Program-made: the position numbers and the translations under genes
Source of the DNA: Candidatus Thorarchaeota archaeon
Lineage (GTDB): Archaea; Asgardarchaeota; Thorarchaeia; Thorarchaeales; Thorarchaeaceae
NCBI GenBank assembly: GCA_016840855.1
Contig: JAEORO010000178.1
Location: forward strand, 1-17,215
Length of the DNA: 17,215 nucleotides
Reading direction: 5' to 3'
Notes under the pieces: generated by a model
Database searches by the model: none
What the model was told of the DNA's origin: nothing
Seen by the model: the letters and a program-made list of their open reading frames with translations, nothing else
Part shown: positions 14,892 to 17,215 of the stretch, piece by piece
Layout: every line of letters begins with the position of its first letter
Numbering within the stretch: the first letter of the stretch is position 1

Positions 14892-16568
14892 TCATTCATC
14901 TTTTTGATCTTTGAATCTTGACATTTGAAGTAGTGCTACAAGAGGGACTAATGGGATGGGTATTATCTTGGTAGCAATTCCCATCAAGATCATAATGAGT
15001 ATGACTGTGAGAATCGATTTTTTAGCTGATGAGCGCTGAAGCTCACCTCCAGAAAAAATCCAGAATCTCCTTATTGCGAATATTAGGAGCAGAGACCATG
15101 CTATGCCTGTTAGGATGTAGAAGATTATAATCTCGAAGGAAAAGGTCATCATCTCAATATTTTCAGTAAACGGAGAAATGAACTCCAGCATCGCATGTCC
15201 TCTAATTGGATATGCCCTCCATGAGAGAACTCCAAATGGTGTTATGCCAAATATGAATGGTCGAGCAGGATTGTCTATAGGTGTGTACAGACTTACTCCT
15301 GATGGGATAAGGAGGAGTACTACCAACGGCAGTGTCAAGCGTTCCCTAACGTTCCAATCCGTGGAATTCGCATCTATCAAGGGTGCCTTTCGAACTCGAT
15401 TTATTATGGTTACAACAAAGAATACACTGACAAGTAATATTGCGATTAGTGAAATGGTCGTTACTATGAAAAGAGTGTCATTCTTTGGTAGCGGGTCTAT
15501 ATCATGTGATCCCGCACTACCTAGTAAAGGATACAAACCATAGCCTACATAATCATCCCACCAATTCTGGTACCACTGATTACCCTCTCCATTGTCTACC
15601 GCGTTACTGTACCAATTCGCACTAAACCAGTTCTTAGAATAGGTGTCATTGGAACCCCAAGTCCAGATGCCATTGTGATTGTCATGGATCGAGTTCAGCT
15701 CAATCTTGCATCCGTGAGTGCCCTCGAAAATGAAACCATACCAATTATCAAATGCCTCATTCATTAAGACATCGCAGTTCGTGGCATTATCTAACCAAAT
15801 GCCATAGAAACATGATCTGAGACTATTATTAGCTATCACACCACTTGAAGAGTAGTGCACTCCGATTCCTAGGTTTAGATATGCGTATACTGTGTTATTG
15901 AAAAATCTGAAACCAACAGTATGGCTTGCTTCAATACCAGAATATCCATAGAACCCAATATCAATGTCATTCGATATTACTTCAAGATTTGTCGAATGAT
16001 TTGAAAAGACAGCTGAACCTCCACAACTCAATGTCGAATTAATCAGACTTGAAGCCAAGCAACACTCAAAATAAACGCCAAGAACCTGCACATCAATCTG
16101 GCAGTTCTCAATAGAACATGAATCTGAGGCTCTCAAAAATATCCCACGTTCATTTGATTGTATAATACATTCTCTAATTGCACCATTAGTCACATTATCT
16201 AGGTATATGCAATATCCCCGCCCTGAATAATCTCTCTCTAAAACACACCTTCTTATGATGAAGAAAACATTAGTGCTTGATATATTGATGCAACTACTTC
16301 CTCCCTCTATTTGAAAGCCTTCAATCATATACGGGTCTATCTGGGTCCCGTTCCCTGGCCACCCTTGTGCAATGAAATCTTGATTGCTTGAGATATTGAT
16401 TGGAGCGTGCGGCGTTGTATCTGCAATATCGATTATATTGACACTCTCAGATGACGAAGATACAACCTGAACGGTACCAATATCGATTTGAGGTGAACTA
16501 CAAAGAAGGAGAATTGTAGATCCAACTAGACAATAAATCATGATCCACAACGAGTATCTAGTTCGCAA
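14892..16568 (-). CDS. Right-handed parallel beta-helix (NosD/pectin-lyase-like) surface protein with multi-pass C-terminal membrane region
   Basis: HAPINISSNQDF..QGWPGNGT..DPY.IE cap, repeated GI.L..S..C.I.NN units and NWWDDY, then about 4-5 hydrophobic segments. TTG 16568 after GGGAG gives a good signal peptide (MRTRYSLWIMIYCLV...). ORF open to 16610. Confidence 0.85.
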   Translation of the reverse strand: MRTRYSLWIMIYCLVGSTILLLCSSPQIDIGTVQVVSSSSESVNIIDIADTTPHAPINISSNQDFIAQGWPGNGTQIDPYMIEGFQIEGGSSCINISSTNVFFIIRRCVLERDYSGRGYCIYLDNVTNGAIRECIIQSNERGIFLRASDSCSIENCQIDVQVLGVYFECCLASSLINSTLSCGGSAVFSNHSTNLEVISNDIDIGFYGYSGIEASHTVGFRFFNNTVYAYLNLGIGVHYSSSGVIANNSLRSCFYGIWLDNATNCDVLMNEAFDNWYGFIFEGTHGCKIELNSIHDNHNGIWTWGSNDTYSKNWFSANWYSNAVDNGEGNQWYQNWWDDYVGYGLYPLLGSAGSHDIDPLPKNDTLFIVTTISLIAILLVSVFFVVTIINRVRKAPLIDANSTDWNVRERLTLPLVVLLLIPSGVSLYTPIDNPARPFIFGITPFGVLSWRAYPIRGHAMLEFISPFTENIEMMTFSFEIIIFYILTGIAWSLLLIFAIRRFWIFSGGELQRSSAKKSILTVILIMILMGIATKIIPIPLVPLVALLQMSRFKDQKDE

Positions 16569-16717
16569 TGCAACTCCCACACATATTATGATGAATGTGA
16601 ATTTAACCAATTCGCAGTAAATCTAATGAATTCTCATATGCTCACTATGTCTTTTCAAGGCAAATAGATATTCTTCGGCAACATGCTGAAGAACAGCTGA
16701 TTAGTTCCTCGATTTAT

Positions 16718-17215
16718 CTAGGCAGTTTTGAGCATAATTGGTGGTGCGAATTTCTGCAGTCGTTTCAGAGCAAGCACCTTGTCTTGTCTTCCAACTTTCG
16801 AATCACCCAAAGCTTGCTCCATGAACTGAATCGCCTCATCATACTCCTTTCGTGGGACTGGAAATGGCACACCATCTTTCCCACCAAATGCAAAGCACAT
16901 CCTCACAGGATCAGCCCATGATGCTGGCGTACCAAAAATCATCTCTGAGATAAGTGAAAGTCCCCTTATTGTTGCTGGACCTATCCCTTTCATGAATAGA
17001 AGGCTCTCATAGTCTGAAGGTTGCGTTTCATAAGCACGTCGTACAGCATCCCAGTCCATTCTGGTTGGCATGACTTTGTAGGAGGGTAATTCTTGAGATG
17101 ATCCATCCCCATTTATCCATGGAATAAGTGTTGACTGCCCATATGATTTGACGGTTTCGAAATATCTTCTAATTCGAGTGGGGTCTTCCTTGATGATATC
17201 TATACTGACGTTTCG
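16718..17215 (-). CDS. DUF763 family protein, 3' part (runs off the right edge)
   Basis: LLFMKGIGPATIRGLSLISEMIFG, DP..FAFGGKDGVPFPV..YD is the conserved DUF763 C-terminus. The frame stays open from 17071 to 17215 (RNVSIDIIKEDPTRIRRYF...). Confidence 0.88.
   Translation of the reverse strand, partial: RNVSIDIIKEDPTRIRRYFETVKSYGQSTLIPWINGDGSSQELPSYKVMPTRMDWDAVRRAYETQPSDYESLLFMKGIGPATIRGLSLISEMIFGTPASWADPVRMCFAFGGKDGVPFPVPRKEYDEAIQFMEQALGDSKVGRQDKVLALKRLQKFAPPIMLKTA

Noticed and set aside
305-15543. Many alternative ORFs in the track (e.g. 305-526, 523-855, 1129-1380, 4563-5000, 7372-7953, 12045-12368, 15178-15543)
   Set aside because: They lie antisense to or out of frame within well-supported genes and show no motifs; they are shadow ORFs.
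14892-16568. Calling the beta-helix gene nosD (nitrous oxide reductase maturation)
   Set aside because: Only the fold is shared; there are no nosZ/F/Y genes nearby and the architecture differs.
1-17215. CRISPR array, tRNA/rRNA, transposase, integrase or recognisable defence system
   Set aside because: No regularly spaced repeats, cloverleaf, or recombinase/nuclease motifs were seen by eye. The 'Abi' label of CPBP proteases is not evidence of phage defence.

Overview
A 17.2 kb, gene-dense, roughly 40% GC window of archaeal chromosomal DNA. It is probably from an Asgard archaeon, most resembling Thorarchaeota; this is inferred from the style of the surface proteins (signal peptide + C-terminal TM anchor, an 'HAPI-I-SN-DF--QGWPG-GT--DPY-IE' beta-helix protein, a 'LQWGV' surface protein) and from GGAG/GGTGA ribosome-binding sites, not from a marker gene. 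It holds about 20 accessory genes: a partial membrane protein, an ATC-hydrolase-family protein, a divergent arginase-family enzyme, a SnoaL/NTF2 protein, a stand-alone ATP-cone, a family-5 ABC solute-binding protein, DinB, three adjacent CPBP intramembrane proteases, an HxlR-type regulator, a SAM methyltransferase, a chagasin-like protein, a membrane-anchored surface protein, a HAD hydrolase, two TPR proteins, an MBL-fold hydrolase, a multi-TM beta-helix protein and a partial DUF763 gene. I saw no rRNA, tRNA, CRISPR array or transposase. The most striking observation is that the solute-binding protein (3622-5691) has the two halves of the family-5 fold in reversed order (circular permutation), is fused to a beta-sandwich stalk and C-terminal TM anchor, and has no permease or ATPase in the window.
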